A DNA stretch of 64,000 nucleotides from Phoronis australis (lineage: Eukaryota; Animalia; Phoronida): the NCBI GenBank assembly GCA_002633005.1, contig NMRA01000106.1, forward strand, positions 291,655 to 355,654. The letters run 5' to 3'. Below are positions 51,669 through 62,721 of this stretch, one piece after another (position 1 is the first letter of the stretch; each line of letters opens with the position of its first letter). The translations under genes and the position numbers were made by a program. Under the pieces are notes generated by a model. That model was not told the DNA's origin and made no database searches. It saw only the letters and a list, made by a program, of their open reading frames with translations.

Positions 51669-52456
51669 CTGTAATTAGAAATAAATGAATTAAAGACTAC
51701 TGACAGATGGAAGAGCTGGGGCACAAAGCCAGTAAGAAATCTCAGACATCTCAAGGGCAGAGCGGCTGGTGTCATTTTAAGTTACATCGACTTTTCCAGC
51801 CACAAGCTCACCCCTATCACTTAAGACACCTACTTCAACTTTGAGGTTTTTTTTGGTTAGAAGTGAGCGTTCCTTATCTGGGTATGCCGAATGCAAGCTT
51901 TGTTTTCTGTGGAAACTGATTGATCGTTATCAGGGTATTCTAGGAAGGATTTCTTCCCATAAGGTCCTTGAAGCAAATGGTGCGCTTAGGCATTTACGAA
52001 TTATTCATTGTACAATTGAGAACGTACATGTATTAATGCTTTGATGGCTCATCCTCCAGATTTCACACCTTTGTCCTTCGATCTGCTCAACCACAAACCT
52101 TTTTAGACAAGCTCTGTTATTGAGAACCACATAGATTCTGCCTGGCGCGTGTCGCCAAATAGGATATGACACCATTTAAAACGAAATACATTTTAAACCT
52201 TTTCTTGTGCTATGGTACTGGAAATGTACGGAGGTGCTATTCCGAGAACATGACAGAAAATGTTTGCTCGGGAACTGTGTAATTTGCCCTTATCACATAA
52301 AATCCGTTTACTTTCACAAAGCTGTGAAGGGTAGAAAGCGTTAAAATTGTAAATATCTTTAAAAATGCACTCAGCAATCCCTATTAGCTCTACCACTGCA
52401 ACAGCATATTTCAACAAACCACAGAAAATATCAACTGATCTTGTAGGGAATCATAC

Positions 52457-52579
52457 TTGCGGGTTCATACGTCACTCCAGTTGTCATAGCCGGCTGTCCA
52501 TGGCCAATCCAGTCATCAGACTTGTCAAACGCGAAGGGGCGATAATTTACACGAAGAGCGGCGATGTCTCCACGGAAGT
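52457..52579 (-). CDS. TSP1-LamG-Ig receptor exon (end of LamG-1)
   Basis: NFRGDIAALRVNYRPF; phase 1-1; absent from the ORF track. Confidence 0.82.
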
Positions 52580-52810
52580 CTTAAATACGAAAAACGACCA
52601 ATTTTTGCATGCCGTTCAGAGTTACCCCGTCACCATTTGCTCGTGTTTATTTAGAACGGGAGTATTACGAGAGATAGCCTGCAACGGCTAAAGAAATCTG
52701 AGACAATCATCCATGACAGTAACACGTAATTATATAAGAAAAATAAGTTTTTGCAAAATTACTTAACCGTGAATCCAGAGCCGGTTAAAACTTAGCCATG
52801 TTATCCTTAC

Positions 52811-52988
52811 TGTGTTCATTCACGTCCCTCCGGAAACCGGGCGCTCCTCCTAAAGTCATCATATGGTCGCAATCCATTGCACCTTTGGGTCTCTGGTTGA
52901 AGACTCCCAGGAAGTGCTTCCGGTTACCCACACGAACGAAGCCTTTGTTTCCAATCAACCCGAAGACGATTGTAGTCCATTCTTTCAT
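52811..52988 (-). CDS. TSP1-LamG-Ig receptor exon (middle of LamG-1)
   Basis: EWTTIVFGLIGNKGFVRVG...MTLGGAP; phase 0-1; donor A|gtaagg. Confidence 0.85.
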
Positions 52989-53335
52989 CTATTCATTGAA
53001 AAACCGGCGGCAACGATTTAGACTTATTACTAAATTAACACTGAATCTGAGAATAATCACTGTGAAAAAATTCAGTTTAATATACAGCCGCAAACGTGCA
53101 CTAGTTGTGGAACGACTGCAGAACGTACTAATGTAGAGCAAATGTCAATATGTAAAAACGTAATGCGCATTTTTTTCATTAAACTGAAGTTGGCGTATTC
53201 TACTAACTGGACAACTTCCTCACGGAATTGCTCCACAGTAAAACTCACCAGCAGAACACCAAAAACAAACAGATTGCGTGAACTGAAAATATTTTGTGAG
53301 AAAATGCAGGCCATGCTATCTACAGCTCTACGTAC

Positions 53336-53604
53336 GGGAACTTGCGATTCAGATCTTATATACAGTTCAGCCTCTCCGAAGTGTGCGATCAGCACAGCGA
53401 AGCGATGTTCAAGAGACAGTTTAACAATGCTGTCGCAGTAAAGAGTTTTGCAATCCTTCTCGTGTCGGTGAATAATGACGCCATCTGGTGAGATAGGACG
53501 AATCCTGACAAGGACCCACAGCGCCCTCATTGGGTAACCAGATGGAGGATACACCAGGTAACTGTACCCGTCGAACTGAGCCTCAATGTTTGTTACAGAA
53601 GTCC
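53336..53604 (-). CDS. TSP1-LamG-Ig receptor exon (start of LamG-1)
   Basis: AQFDGYSYLVY...VRIRPISPDGVIIH...VKLSLEHRFAVLIAHFG; phase 1-0. Confidence 0.88.
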
Positions 53605-54153
53605 CTATGTGGAAGAACATTTATGGTTAGTTGTGAATGAAAAGCATAAAATTAATTTTGTTTGAAGTCAGTCTACACAACCTACACCGTAGCACTCAGC
53701 CCCACATAGATGCGCCCCGTAGTATGGAGTGTAAAACTTAGCCATGCAGTCTCGTCACAGGATTTCGAAAAAATATTCCCCCATTCAAAGAATTGGGATA
53801 TGTCTATTACGAGAAACAAACTAAATTGATTCAACTTAAGGAAGCGAATTCACGAGTTCGAACTATCAAATAAAATGTATTGGAAAAAGAAACAAGGCCT
53901 TTTATTAATATTTACCGGTTGACGAAGACATCAAAGAATAGACATACCTATGTGCAGACAACATCTGCTTATGACTTAAAAGTGATTTGAATCGTTTGAA
54001 GTATTAAAACTTTAATCAGACCCGTGCTGTGCAATGAAGCTTCAACGCCAAGGAAAATAAAATCGCCACTTATTTTCAATGGTTTTGGTATTATAGTAAA
54101 AATACAGAGGCTGAAGAGAGCATTTGCAATCAAATGTCCATAGTCCTATCTAC

Positions 54154-54324
54154 CTCTACAAGGTTCGTAAAAGCAGTGCGTGACGTCTGTGCCGACTCCG
54201 TCGCACTCGGAACCGAGTCCAGAGGGCGCAGGATCTGTGCATGTACGGTCTCTGTACCTCACCCCGATACCACAGGTCACGGTGCACCCACTCCAGCTGT
54301 TCCACGACGACCACTTCCCGTCTT
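54154..54324 (-). CDS. TSP1-LamG-Ig receptor exon (TSP1 repeat 5)
   Basis: DGKWSSWNSWSGCTVTCGIGVRYRDRTCTDPAPSGLGSECDG...C...C; phase 1-1. Confidence 0.92.
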
Positions 54325-54920
54325 CTGGAAAACGATGGAGCCACGAATTTACAATTTCACCAATTCATGCACCCACGTAGAAATTATCAGAAGCGTGGAG
54401 AAAGTAGAGGACTGGGAACTTTGCTAACGGTGATAATCGAAAGTTTTGCGTTAATCGATGATGAAGGTTAAGTTGTGATGAGGGAGGGGGAAGCAAGGAT
54501 GACGGCGCACACAACAACATTAGTTTTGCTCTGTTCCAAACCTCAATATTGTAATACTTTTAGTTTCCAGAAACTAAAGAAATTACCTTAATAACATGCT
54601 TTTCATTGAAAACATTATAGTTTAAGCATACACGAATGATTTTCTAGTCCAGGCTTGCACTTAATGACCCTTTCATTCATGCCACAAACTCGATTAAAAA
54701 CTTGAAATTTCGAGTTCAAACTTTTAGCCTTAATGTTGGGTTCATCTAGCGCAAACTAGGACTACAAAAATTATCCACGTAAGTCATTGTGTACTCGAGC
54801 ATAGAGTAACAGACACTTATCTTGAGTTCGAGTTTCATTTCGAGTAAAAAGATTGGAGCCCAGGCTCAGTTGTTTTGAGAAAGCAGCAAATTATATTTTT
54901 TGCCCGGAAGTTTTATTTAC

Positions 54921-55082
54921 TTGAGCACTCTTCCAGGTTGCAACGAGTGGCCTTCCTTTCTGCCCCTCGACAGGCAGTGTTTTTACTGGAACATCGGTGA
55001 AACTGGAACGACAGACCTCCGTTGCATTCTGAGTCACACTCCGACCACTGGGACCAATCCGTCCACTGCGAGCTGTGTTTTT
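54921..55082 (-). CDS. TSP1-LamG-Ig receptor exon (TSP1 repeat 4)
   Basis: QWTDWSQWSECDSECNGGLSFQFHRC...CRG...CNLEEC; phase 1-1. Confidence 0.9.
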
Positions 55083-55169
55083 CTACAAGCGGATAAATAA
55101 CGCAGAAAATAAATCTGAAACTAAATAAGGCGATCCAGATCCTCCCAAGGATACTATTGTTTCACGAAA

Positions 55170-55427
55170 TGTAGAATATAAATAGGTAAATAAAACAGCA
55201 AGAATGGATCAACTGAAATTTTCGGATGTAATAACGTCCCTTTTCAACAGAAACAGAAATAAAGTAAAATCAAACACTATATGACATTACACCATATCTT
55301 AAATGTCAATTGTCATATAGCGTTTGATTTTACTTTATTTTTGTTTCTGTTGGCAAAGGACGCTATTATATCCGAAAATTTCAGTTGATCCATTCTTGTT
55401 GTTTTATTTACCTTTTTATATTCTACA
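55170..55427. repeat. Long inverted repeat (~120-bp arms, short spacer), intronic
   Basis: tgtagaatata...caagaatggatcaactgaaattttcggat...tatatgaca pairs with tgtcatata...atccgaaaatttcagttgatccattcttg...tatattctaca. Confidence 0.92.
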
Positions 55428-55652
55428 AGCGGGAAATGTGTAAACAACATTTAGTGAGGTTTTGAGCAATGATGATTAACAAAAACGAGACGCACTTGAC
55501 TAGTGGTCCGACTAACGGATTTTAAGTTGGTTGTGAGTTCACTTTGTCTCTGCTCAAGATGCACTCTTTGTCTGCATTCTTTATGGAAGACAGGGTGGAG
55601 ACAAGCATTGTTGGTGAGTAAATGGAAGCCAACAGTTTTAATATTTTTTTTG

Positions 55653-58186
55653 TTAAAGTCCTGCTGTAACACGTTGTTAACCATTATTACATGGTTAGAG
55701 GATGTTATAAGGATCCAAGAAGTACCTACCCCATAACTAATACACGATCCGTACTCGAAAAAAGTTTAAATGAACGCGCCACTCACGATTCGCACCCGAA
55801 GAACCACCGCCATTTTGAACTTGCCGCGAACCCGGAAGTACAATTCATTCAGAAACCCAGGCCGAGAAAACGCCGTCGGTGCGACTGGAGCAGTGCCTGT
55901 ACTGTTACCAGGCAGCAAACGGGGATAAAATAATCGACAGCGCGCCTTAATTTTAATAAAATCAAACTACGGACAATTCTATCGAATTTGCTGAAGAAAT
56001 GTGGCGAATAAATTTTGACAGAAATTATTTTGCCAGACTCGGGACCGCAGCCTATCGGACCCGGTGCGGATCGAGACCAGACATTGGCGAACGGTAAATG
56101 CATGCGGTTGCAAGCTGTTTTGTCGAAGTAAAATGGTCAAGTCATCAATGCTGCATATATTCAAGGATAGTTTCAGACTCTTGCATGAAATTACGGGCTT
56201 GTTAGTCCTGTCACACTGCCGCGGCAGACCTTAGTTAGCCTCAGCCACCAGCTACCAGTGAAGACTATCGTCAAAATACAGCTTGTTAGTAGGCCTATAC
56301 AGCTTTGCGCCAAGGCTACCATTAGGCCTAACTGGTTTATTTTGAACTTGGGTACTTCTGGCGAACTGTGCAAAGTTGTTGACTTTCAATAGAGATTTTC
56401 AGAGACTTTGTAAGAGAGCACCAAGCCTAAAAGAATGGGGGGGGAGTGGCTGGAATTTTTGGGAATGTCTATCTTTTACTATAAGATTCGGTGGGTATGT
56501 TCAGAGCTATGAATTGCAGACTCTAAATTTTGGTACTTCCTGTCTTCTAGTGGAATATTGTCTCATTTTCTATTTTTTTAGTAATTCGTGCTTCTGTGAC
56601 TGAGGCAGACCTTTTTCCAGTTCTCCAAAAAGGGGCTCGTTCGAGCACATAAGTATGACAAGTCCAATACAACATGTTATAATTTTTTATTCATTAACCC
56701 AAAATGATTCAAACTTTTAACATAATAAGTAACTTAAAATGCACAATACTTTACAACACTTAGCATTACAAACACTATTCAACAGCAACAGTTTCCATGA
56801 TATGAAAGTGGCCATACATGTAACTATTACCATGGTGACGGAATAGTGTTTCCTTACACCAGAATTTGACAAGCATCATTTAAAAAAATATGAAGTTGCA
56901 AGGAACAAGAATTAGAGGCTTGAAGCTTCACAATCCAACATAGCTTATTTCACAAATTAAGATTATTCATATTGTGGACTTGATAACCTGAATTAAGAAG
57001 CAATGAGTTACAAAACATGACTTGAAAGCAATTGAGACTTAAAATTTAGAAAAATATGAATCATTTTGTGACACCGAATCCAGTCTTGAACAGCAGTTGA
57101 CAGTCAAACAAAAAAACATTTCAAAATTATTTCAACTATTTTTAGCTTAGTGTAAGATCACCTGAATTGGAAATTTACAGTAAAATAATTCGAATATATC
57201 GTATATATTTTCACAAAAACACGAAAATTGAACAAAATTTCTTTTTTGTAGCAACGTTTGTCAAAATGTATCAACGTTAAATCTTCACAAATTACAAAGT
57301 AGCCGATTGAACATGCCTTTCAGTTCAGCAAAAGTCGCCATGTTGTCGGTGCCGCCAGAAATAAGACGAAGTCCAACGGGAATTGTGAGCACATTTATCA
57401 CTTAATGAGTAACAACTGCGAACACTGTTAAATCGTACAGAATAGTAAGTAAAGATATGTCTAACTAAATTTCACCGTAATTTGTTGGCGAAAACAATTT
57501 ACACAAAGTTTTAAACTCGTAACGTATCCCGCTGTCCTCCAATATGGCCGACGCGATCCAAACAAAGTGACCCAAATTTCGCCACAAAACTTGCAATAAC
57601 TTTACACTGCTTGCCCTGATTTTGATACTTTTTCGATTTTTACTGAGTAGAATGTACTACCTTTCCGATGATAGCAAAGTACTTTTTCAAAACGAGAAAA
57701 AAAAATAAAACCGAAAAAAAATTGGTTCGACTCATATTGGTTCCTAGGTTCGACCGGCCTACGTAAGGAACTAAACACCAAGAATGGTATTTTAACATAC
57801 TAAGTACGCGTAACATTCCAAAAAAATCAACGACTACTAACTGCAAACTATAAAGACACTACATATGCAAACGAATCACGAGATATTATTAATAAAACAA
57901 AATAATGAAGACTTTTCGAGTAAGCCATAGCACATTCAGTTACATGGAAAAAATGACGGCGTTCAGGACAAGTTCCTGAACTGATGAGCCGGAAATGTGG
58001 GTACAGAAATAACCGATGACAGCCGGTAATTATACACTCACAGAGAAGGGTCAAATACTGTTAAAAAATCGCTTTTGGCAAGAAAAGCGAAAAGAATATA
58101 AAGAAAGGGTGTCGAAAATAAGAATTTATGTAGTAAGTATTTTCGGATACTGGAACCACATGGGCAGTTTGAGAGCAGGACTTTAA
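55653..58186. mobile_element. TTAA-flanked Kolobok-like non-autonomous transposon (~2.5 kb, intronic)
   Basis: Termini ttaa-agtcctgct ... agcaggact-ttaa; weak THAP-like Cys/Trp remnants near 55860-56170. Confidence 0.6.
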
Positions 58187-61100
58187 TATATATTTTATGA
58201 CTATTATAGAGCCATTTTGAAGTCAACCACATTCTGAGAATTCTAACAACGGCAAAACATCTTAGCGATGATGGTGTCACTTTTTCAAATTCGTAAATGT
58301 GGTATGGTTGTCGCGGGCGGGCTAGCTCGTAAACAGTCACCGAAACTTGTTGACTTGAAAACAATATGACGCAAAACATTTCTTGTCACCAGAGTTCACC
58401 ATAATTAAAGACACTGGGCCACTTTGACATGTTCTTGGAACAGTATGACAACAACCATTATATTATTTAAAATTGAATTGTGAGCCTCATATTGCATCGA
58501 ATGAATGTCAAGGTTGATTTTAACTTCTCATCTGACTCCTGGGAATAGCTAATCTGGAAGAGATCCGTTTGAAAATCCTGCAGACCAATGCAAGCCAGTC
58601 CCTACACTATGGCTTGTACTTGTACATGGACTCTCGTAGGAAGCTTGTCCCTTTATGCCAAGTCATTGCGAGAAAGCTGCAATCTCAGTTCCGAGATAGT
58701 ATAGAAGAAAGATGTACAGATAAAGAATCTCATCATGGTTTGGATAACTTCAGCTTCTGTTGAAAATATCTGCTGAGACTTGATGATATCTCAGTTTGCT
58801 TTCATGAAGACATCCATTCAGACGGCATAATTAAATGGAACTGGTATTTCCGGCCAAAGACCAGGGTTTCCGCGTTTTCCATTCAACAAAAAAGTGAAAA
58901 TATTATACGTATATTTCAACTGAAGATCTTTCCGTGCGATCAGTTTTAATTGTTGCTAAAATGAAAAAATACGTATTTGCAACACGACGTCAACTCTCAG
59001 TGGTATTAGGTCATTTCAAAGCTACCAGTTTGGGTCGACAAGACATCAAATTCAGCTTCCGGCGCTTCATGAGAAAAACCTGAATTTATCCTAGACCTCC
59101 CAAAAGCTCTGTATCACACCATCAGAATCCTTAATAGGAAGCTAAAGACGCAAATGATAACGAAGTTCACAATCAAAGTTTCAATTTAATAGCTTTGTCA
59201 GAAGTTGACTGTGGGCTTGCTCGAAAGGTAGCTATGCTTGTGCATGGATGGAGAGAGAATGATTAAATCCAGTAATTAACTTCTTATATGATAACCACTA
59301 ATTAAAACAAGTGAAGCCTGTTGTTAATTAAGTAGACAAACAATGGAGATGAGTAGTTACACTAGCGCCCTCTATACGGGTTACTTCAATCAATTAACTA
59401 TAAATAATCAAAGTCTTATCTGGTATCCAAGCTGTAGGACTCAAAACTTGTTGGATGACAGTCCTGTTGGTTGATCCTCCAACCAACACACACTGTACTG
59501 CGACAATGGTCACAGTTCTTCGTGACGCAACACTTGCAGGTAGTATTTTACTACCCACGATGCAAGTGACCAACTCTTAGTTAACTTCTTTATCGCTAAT
59601 CCCTGCCCGTACCAAGATCCTCTCTAGAATCGCCAACAAAATGGCTCTGTTGTACATTTTTTCTGTACACTGTAGCAAGTCTTCTAGCTTCAACTACTAA
59701 ATACTATCTGAGTATTTTCCAAACTTGTGTTTTAATCATAATAATGTATCTACTTAATGATTGGCTAATAAAAAACCTCATGAACTGATCTAATCACATC
59801 ATTGGCTGTTACGATTTGCTCTTATAAATTTTTAGAACCTTTAGAGTGCATGGACCCCAGAACCAAGTAGCAAACAGCATCTAAAAATAGTTGACGGAGT
59901 CAAAAAGCACATGTACACAAGTTTAACCCCATGGTTTAAAAACACACATGCACAAATTTTGGGCAAATTAAATGGATTTATCTGTACTAATTACTTAATC
60001 AGTATTTATCCCTGCAAGCTTAAACCATCATCAGGTACATGTATTACTCATGTTCTACATCAACTCGCAATAACAATCAACTTTACATCATACCTGATGA
60101 TGATTTAAGCTATTAAATCGAAACGTTGATCATGAACACCTTTGTCATTTGCGTCGTTAGATTCCTATTATACGTCTTCCCGAAAAACTAATGTCATTAA
60201 ACTCAGTAGGCTTCAATCCCTCATATGCTTCGTTAAGGGTGATTTTATTTGATCATAAACACTAGTGAGCAACTCAGGCCTACGTTGCAGAAGCTTTGAT
60301 CATAAAGTTTCGAGAAAATAATCATTCAAAATTGATTCTCAACAAAAACATTAACACTTCTGAGTCACCGATTTTTAAAACTCGGAGAGTGAGTAACCAA
60401 AAAAAAAATAAAGTTCATCTCAAAGACTTTGAATTGATGGCTACTGATTACGTTTCTATTTCATTGGTATAGGGGTCGCTACATCCAATACTCAGGTTCA
60501 ATAGGCAGGCCTGGCAGACACAGTGTCAGGATTATTAGAAGGCTTATGAGTAACGGACTTCAAACGCAAAGAATGTCGTCATCAGAGTGCATTTAGGGTT
60601 CTCAACGACACTGTGCTGGTTGATGTCTCTTCTGGGCTTGGCCAGGACAATCAGTCAACTTCTCGTCGTTTTCTCGTCATACCAGTGCTCATCGAAAACT
60701 GGCAGCGATTCAACAGCGCTAACGACGTAGCTTGGAAGATCGCTGCCCATGGTAAAACGTAACAATGCGCCCCGGTTGCCGTCGATGTCGCCCTCCCAAT
60801 CGGTTCCAAATTTGCACAGCCCCATCACCATTGCGGCACATCCTTTGTCTCCAATAATTTCTCGTCACCTCCCCTCACTCGTCCCAGATCTTTTGCCCGC
60901 CTCAATAGTTTGTGACGTCCCCAGGAGCCACCACTTTTACTATGCAGCCCTCCTCCTGTTAGGTGCTACCAGGGGAGAACTGCGTCCCCCAGCAACGCTA
61001 CTGACAACTCTCTTGAGAAATCTGTTACCAACTTGATTGCTTGTGTGATAGTACGAACACCAGTAAAACAACCCATTAGACAGTTGAGGCCGGCAGGTCT

Positions 61101-61316
61101 ACTTTCCTTTCATAAGAAATACTATCGATAACGTTACTTGTGTTGGGTATCTGATCTCAACTGGTCTGATGTGAACGGCGGGCATGGCGTGTACAGCTCT
61201 ACACTCAAGGCATCAACTTTGCATATATTTTCCAATCGATTGCATGGACAGATATGGCGAACTAAACAAAAGTAAAAATGGAAATGAATGCAGAGGATGT
61301 GTAAGCGTGAACAGAC

Positions 61317-61484
61317 CTAAGCAAGGCACCTGAAGGCATTCTTTCTTCTCTACACTTGGACCGTCGCATGTTCCGCCATATTGTGGATAGGGCGAGTCAC
61401 AACGGCGAAACCTCATCTTGAAAGCTTTCCCGCACGTGGCCGAGCAGACGGACCAGGGTAACCAATCACCCCAACCGCCGATAA
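61317..61484 (-). CDS. TSP1-LamG-Ig receptor exon (TSP1 repeat 3)
   Basis: VIGGWGDWLPWSVCSATCGKAFKMRFRRCDSPYPQYGGTCDG...C...C; phase 1-1. Confidence 0.92.
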
Positions 61485-61728
61485 CTGAAGAAAGAAATTA
61501 CAGTTTCATTTTTGGTGAACATTGAAACGAAAAAAATGGCGCCTACTCTTCCTCAGTCTCAACTATATGCTGAGGTGTGATTTTCTTGAAGAATTCTTCT
61601 AACTCAGCAGTAATTTCGTAAAAAAATGTTAAAATAGAATGTTCTGTGTGAGATCGGCCGTTTGGAAACCACCAGTGATCCACGTTAATGCTCATTTGTC
61701 AATTTATTCATACATGCCGTAAGCTTAC

Positions 61729-62019
61729 CGGGACACCACTTAACATTGCAGTATTCCGTCTGGCGAATTTCTCCGTAACAGTGATCGGAGTCTTCTTGGT
61801 CACAGAGCCTCTCACGATTTCTCGTACCTCCTCCGCAACTCGTGCTGCAAACGGTCCAGGGACTCCATGAAGTGTACTCGATTTCCGTGTCGACTGGCAA
61901 CGGTTCGACAAACGCCAAGTCGTCCTCCCCTCTGTCGAGACGTTCCTCTAAGATTTCAACGGCCGTAAGATCTGTTTCACGCTCAAAGTCGTCAGGTACT
62001 GACATTTCGGCACGTTTTT
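61729..62019 (-). CDS. TSP1-LamG-Ig receptor exon (furin-like site, acidic spacer, TSP1 repeat 2)
   Basis: Acceptor ctttgttttcag|; QKRAEMSVPDDFERE...YTSWSPWTVCSTSCGGGTRNRERLC; donor G|gtaagc; phase 1-1. Confidence 0.92.
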
Positions 62020-62334
62020 CTGAAAACAAAGGATATTGAGTTTGCAATGGATTAAACTGCCGTGGTTGTAATGTCCTCAAGTATGTAGGTTGCCCGAAAA
62101 GTACTTTGGGCTTGATCATATGAGTTACAACACAAGTAAAAAGCACGCAAATGGTGACACGGTTTGACAAAAGGTCTGTGAATACTTAAAATGAGCCTAC
62201 ACGTACATGTACATGTACATGTATTATCTTAATGAGACTTCAATAACGTGATGAGAATTGCTGATGTCACGAAACATGTACCTTTCAAACAGGGCAAAGA
62301 CAATACTTTTCATTGGACATTTTACCCGCCAAAA

Positions 62335-62486
62335 GGACCCATTTCATGAAACTTGTTTGCTCTTCACTGCATAATTTGCAAAGATATGGCCAAATGAAGA
62401 TAGCACCGTCTTTTACAATTGTTTAGGACTTAACTCAAAATTTCAATATTCATAAAAAAATTTTGATTAGTTTCATGAAACGGGCA
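62335..62486. mobile_element. ~150 bp MITE (Harbinger-like TIRs)
   Basis: cccatttcatgaaact / agtttcatgaaacggg inverted termini. Confidence 0.65.
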
Positions 62487-62505
62487 TTGCATCGTAGTAA
62501 CTCAC

Positions 62506-62721
62506 GGCGGCTCAATGGAATGTCGGACTGTTCTTGTGTGCAATCTTTCCCAATGCCCATGCAATGCCGAGTCTCGATATCGTTGCCACTGCACACCAAA
62601 TGCTGAACGATCTGGCGACCGCTGTTCCTTGGAAGGCACTGGCGGATTCTGCTGTGGCGACCGATTCCACAGTCAGCACCACACGGAGTCCAGCCAAGCC
62701 ATTCGGACCATTTGCCTTTTG
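62506..62721 (-). CDS. TSP1-LamG-Ig receptor exon (TSP1 repeat 1; most 5' exon found)
   Basis: GKWSEWLGWTPCGADCGIGRHSRIRQC...CSGNDIETRHC; bounded by tactttcag| and C|gtgagt; phase 1-1. The signal-peptide exon was not located. Confidence 0.9.

Noticed and set aside
60500-61021. GC-rich intronic stretch and ORF 60749-61036
   Set aside because: All three minus-strand frames after the candidate acceptor stop early, and the plus ORF has no recognisable domain. Probably decayed mobile DNA.
62020-62170. Signal-peptide-like N-terminus of ORF 61685-62170
   Set aside because: It starts at TTG and lies upstream of a strong acceptor at 62020, and an in-phase TSP1 exon exists further 5', so it is most likely intron.
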